Source: an uncultured Verrucomicrobiae bacterium
GTDB lineage: Bacteria > Verrucomicrobiota > Verrucomicrobiia > Chthoniobacterales > Chthoniobacteraceae
Length of the DNA: 33,747 nt
NCBI GenBank assembly: GCA_963769025.1
Contig: CAVYKI010000007.1
Span: 1 to 33,747 of the forward strand
Reading direction: 5' to 3'
A model generated the notes under the pieces. The model ran no database searches. It was not told the origin of the DNA and was given only the letters and a program-made list of their open reading frames with translations. Of the stretch, positions 32,080-33,747 are shown piece by piece. The first letter of the stretch is position 1. Every line of letters starts with the position of its first letter. Both the position numbers and the translations under genes were made by a program.

Positions 32080-32310
32080 TTCGGGGAATTTCCCTGATAC
32101 TCCCGAGGCGTCATTTCACCGGACAGGCATGCTTCGTTCCGTGCCTGCCCGCTTGGGCTGACAAAGCGAATCTTACGAACGCAAGAACGGAGGAAATCGG
32201 GACATTTTCGGACTTTCCCGCCTTCCTGAGCGAAACTCGACAGCCAACCGGACACGCATGCTTCGTTCCGTGCGCGCCGCGGATGACGACTCAAGCCCAA
32301 ACAGTTCAGC

Positions 32311-32562
32311 GACCCATGCTTTGAAGTAAAAATGCCCTCCGCCACGTGCGGCACCCCCCGGTTTGTATTCAATCCAGCCCCTGCCGCACCTGCATGGGGC
32401 TCCGTTCCCAGCAATCCGGGTGTGTGCGGGTGCGGCAACCCATGACTTAAAGTCAAACCGCCCTTCGCCGCGTGCGGCGACCCCCGGCTCAAGGTCAAAC
32501 CAGCCCCCTTAGCATGCAAAGACCCCCGGCTTGAAGTCAAACCGCCCCTCTTTGCACCTTCA
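32311..32562. repeat. Six degenerate 42-bp tandem units
   Basis: Units start at 32311, 32353, 32395, 32437, 32479 and 32521. Approximate consensus GACCCCCGGCTTGAAGTCAAACCGCCC...GCGTGCGGC; unit 3 is the most diverged. Confidence 0.75.
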
Positions 32563-32584
32563 GATTCGGCAAGGTCCTCTTTGG

Positions 32585-32663
32585 AACCACGGCGAACGGG
32601 GCGGACGCGGCCGATCGCATCCCATGCATCTCCTTCGCCGCGCCCGCCGCGCCCGCCGCGGTT
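32585..32663. repeat. Degenerate inverted repeat built from 9-bp units
   Basis: AACCACGGCGAACGGGGCGGACGCGGC (32585-32611) versus GCCGCGCCCGCCGCGCCCGCCGCGGTT (32637-32663). Confidence 0.55.
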
Positions 32664-32840
32664 CAATCCCCGGCCTGCGACCAAACAGGACACTCCCGGA
32701 GCCCTTCCTGCGGCATATCCCGCCCCCATGCCGCAACCTCGCGGCCTACGCCAGCCCTGTAACTTCAGCTTGCCAAAGTAAACCGCCCCGCTCCACTCCG
32801 AAAATGCCGGATCCCACACCCCTGCGGCTCAATCTAGATG

Positions 32841-33652
32841 TTAGCCGTCGCATTTCGTCCTGCTAATTTGGAAATTTCCATCGAGTTCAACCAAACACAC
32901 CTTGAAAACGCACCCTACCATTTTCGCGACGCCCGCAATGCTTATCGCAGCTTTGCTGTCGTTGGCACCCTCGTACGGTGCGATGATACCGGTGGGAAAT
33001 CACAGCTTCGAAAGTGGCACACTTTCCGATGGCGCGACCCAAAACCTTACGCAGGGCGCCCCGTGGGATTGGTCTCAAAGTCCGGCAGGCACTTTTAGTG
33101 GTTTTTACAACCCAACGTCAGGTCATTACGCGAGCGCTGGCGGCGCGGGAACGCCGACCGGAGCTGACGGATCTCAGCTTGGTTTTGCGTTCAAATACGG
33201 CGCAACCGCATTCCAAACGCTTCGCGGGAACGATGGGATCTTGGGCAATGCCGATGATCCTGTGCTGACGGCGCTGACCCACTACACTTTGACCCTGGCG
33301 GTGGGGCACCGACTGGTAGGGAATCCTTCCGGCAACTTTCCCTTCGGAACGTTGGAGATTACGCTGCTCGCGGGATCCACGGTGATCGGCCAAGATAGCG
33401 TCGGGTCTCCTGCGCCCGGTCAATTTGTCGATCAGTTCATCTCGGTGGACAGTTCGACCTTGGACTCCGCGCTTTACGGTCAGGCTCTGAGCATTCGCCT
33501 CCGGCAAACGGCGATTCCTGACTCCGTGGCAGACTTCGACAATGTTCGCTTGAATGCGACACCGGTGCCAGAGCCATCGACTGCTTTATTCGGAGTCGTG
33601 TGTTTGATTACTGTTCTTTCAAGCCGAACTCGCAATCGCCGCAACGGCTAAC
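32841..33652 (+). mobile_element. Putative integron gene cassette
   Basis: A single gene lies between GTTAGCCG (32840-32847) and its exact complement CGGCTAAC (33645-33652), which contains the stop codon. The upstream GCGGCTCAATCTAGATGTTAGCC resembles an attC right half. Confidence 0.55.
32902..33651 (+). CDS. PEP-CTERM sorting-domain protein
   Basis: Signal peptide, early NHSFE motif, and C-terminal FDNVRLNATPVPEPST followed by a hydrophobic helix and basic tail (RTRNRR). Visibly lower GC than the core genes. Confidence 0.92.
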   Translation: MKTHPTIFATPAMLIAALLSLAPSYGAMIPVGNHSFESGTLSDGATQNLTQGAPWDWSQSPAGTFSGFYNPTSGHYASAGGAGTPTGADGSQLGFAFKYGATAFQTLRGNDGILGNADDPVLTALTHYTLTLAVGHRLVGNPSGNFPFGTLEITLLAGSTVIGQDSVGSPAPGQFVDQFISVDSSTLDSALYGQALSIRLRQTAIPDSVADFDNVRLNATPVPEPSTALFGVVCLITVLSSRTRNRRNG

Positions 33653-33747
33653 CCCTATGAAAGGGGTCAAGATGGAAGTTGGGTGAGGTGAGTTGGATTT
33701 CTTTGGGTTGGGTTTTCTGGAGCGCGGGTGGGTTGGGGGTTGGACGA
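33653..33747 (-). mobile_element. Possible right end of an IS110-family element (partial)
   Basis: The minus strand reads ...CTTGACCCCTTTCATAGGG|GTTAGCCG, and an open frame stops at the TGA in CTTGAC. No transposase motif lies within the window. Confidence 0.4.

Larger units (their letters stand above)
30646..32271. repeat. Three copies of a 14-bp direct repeat separating two modules with short imperfect inverted ends
   Basis: AGTCTTCGTTCCGT (30646-30659), ATGCTTCGTTCCGT (32129-32142), ATGCTTCGTTCCGT (32258-32271). Confidence 0.7.

Noticed and set aside
30646..32562. CRISPR array interpretation of the 14-bp or 42-bp repeats
   Set aside because: The 14-mers are too short and irregularly spaced, the 42-bp units have no unique spacers, and no cas genes are present.
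31907..32840. Integron integrase or attI upstream of the cassette
   Set aside because: No tyrosine-recombinase motifs in any listed ORF, and the region is accounted for by repeats.
21..33747. Many long overlapping ORFs in the six-frame track (e.g. 13163-15670 minus, 9119-11113 plus, 15502-16995 minus)
   Set aside because: They are Arg/Ala/Pro-rich shadow frames of well-supported genes, as expected in high-GC DNA, and have no motifs.

Overview
GC-rich bacterial DNA, most likely from Verrucomicrobiota or another PVC-superphylum lineage (two planctomycete cytochrome c/DUF1549/DUF1553 genes, DUF1501, PEP-CTERM, C/A-rich leaders without Shine-Dalgarno sites). From the left it carries the tail of a probable outer-membrane beta-barrel gene coupled to a large gene with ten CxxCH motifs and LVIVD repeats, then a hypothetical gene, a GH63/MGH1 glucosidase, an HD hydrolase, fbaA, a Glu/Leu/Phe/Val dehydrogenase, an atypical Hsp70, a PSD1+DUF1501 pair, a helical-repeat protein and a conserved hypothetical gene. 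Next come two tandem paralogous ~59-aa microprotein genes behind a perfect sigma-54 promoter, an ABC transporter/DD-carboxypeptidase/pfk cluster, a second PSD1 gene and a PduO-type cobalamin adenosyltransferase. The last 3.2 kb is a stack of mobile and repetitive DNA: an IS3 element with TIRs and a 3-bp duplication, a REP-like palindrome, small inverted-repeat modules separated by a 14-bp direct repeat, a 42-bp tandem array, and an integron-like PEP-CTERM cassette whose attC appears interrupted by an IS110-like end. Several genes are frameshifted, most plausibly by long-read indel errors. All family calls come from motif recognition, not database searches.
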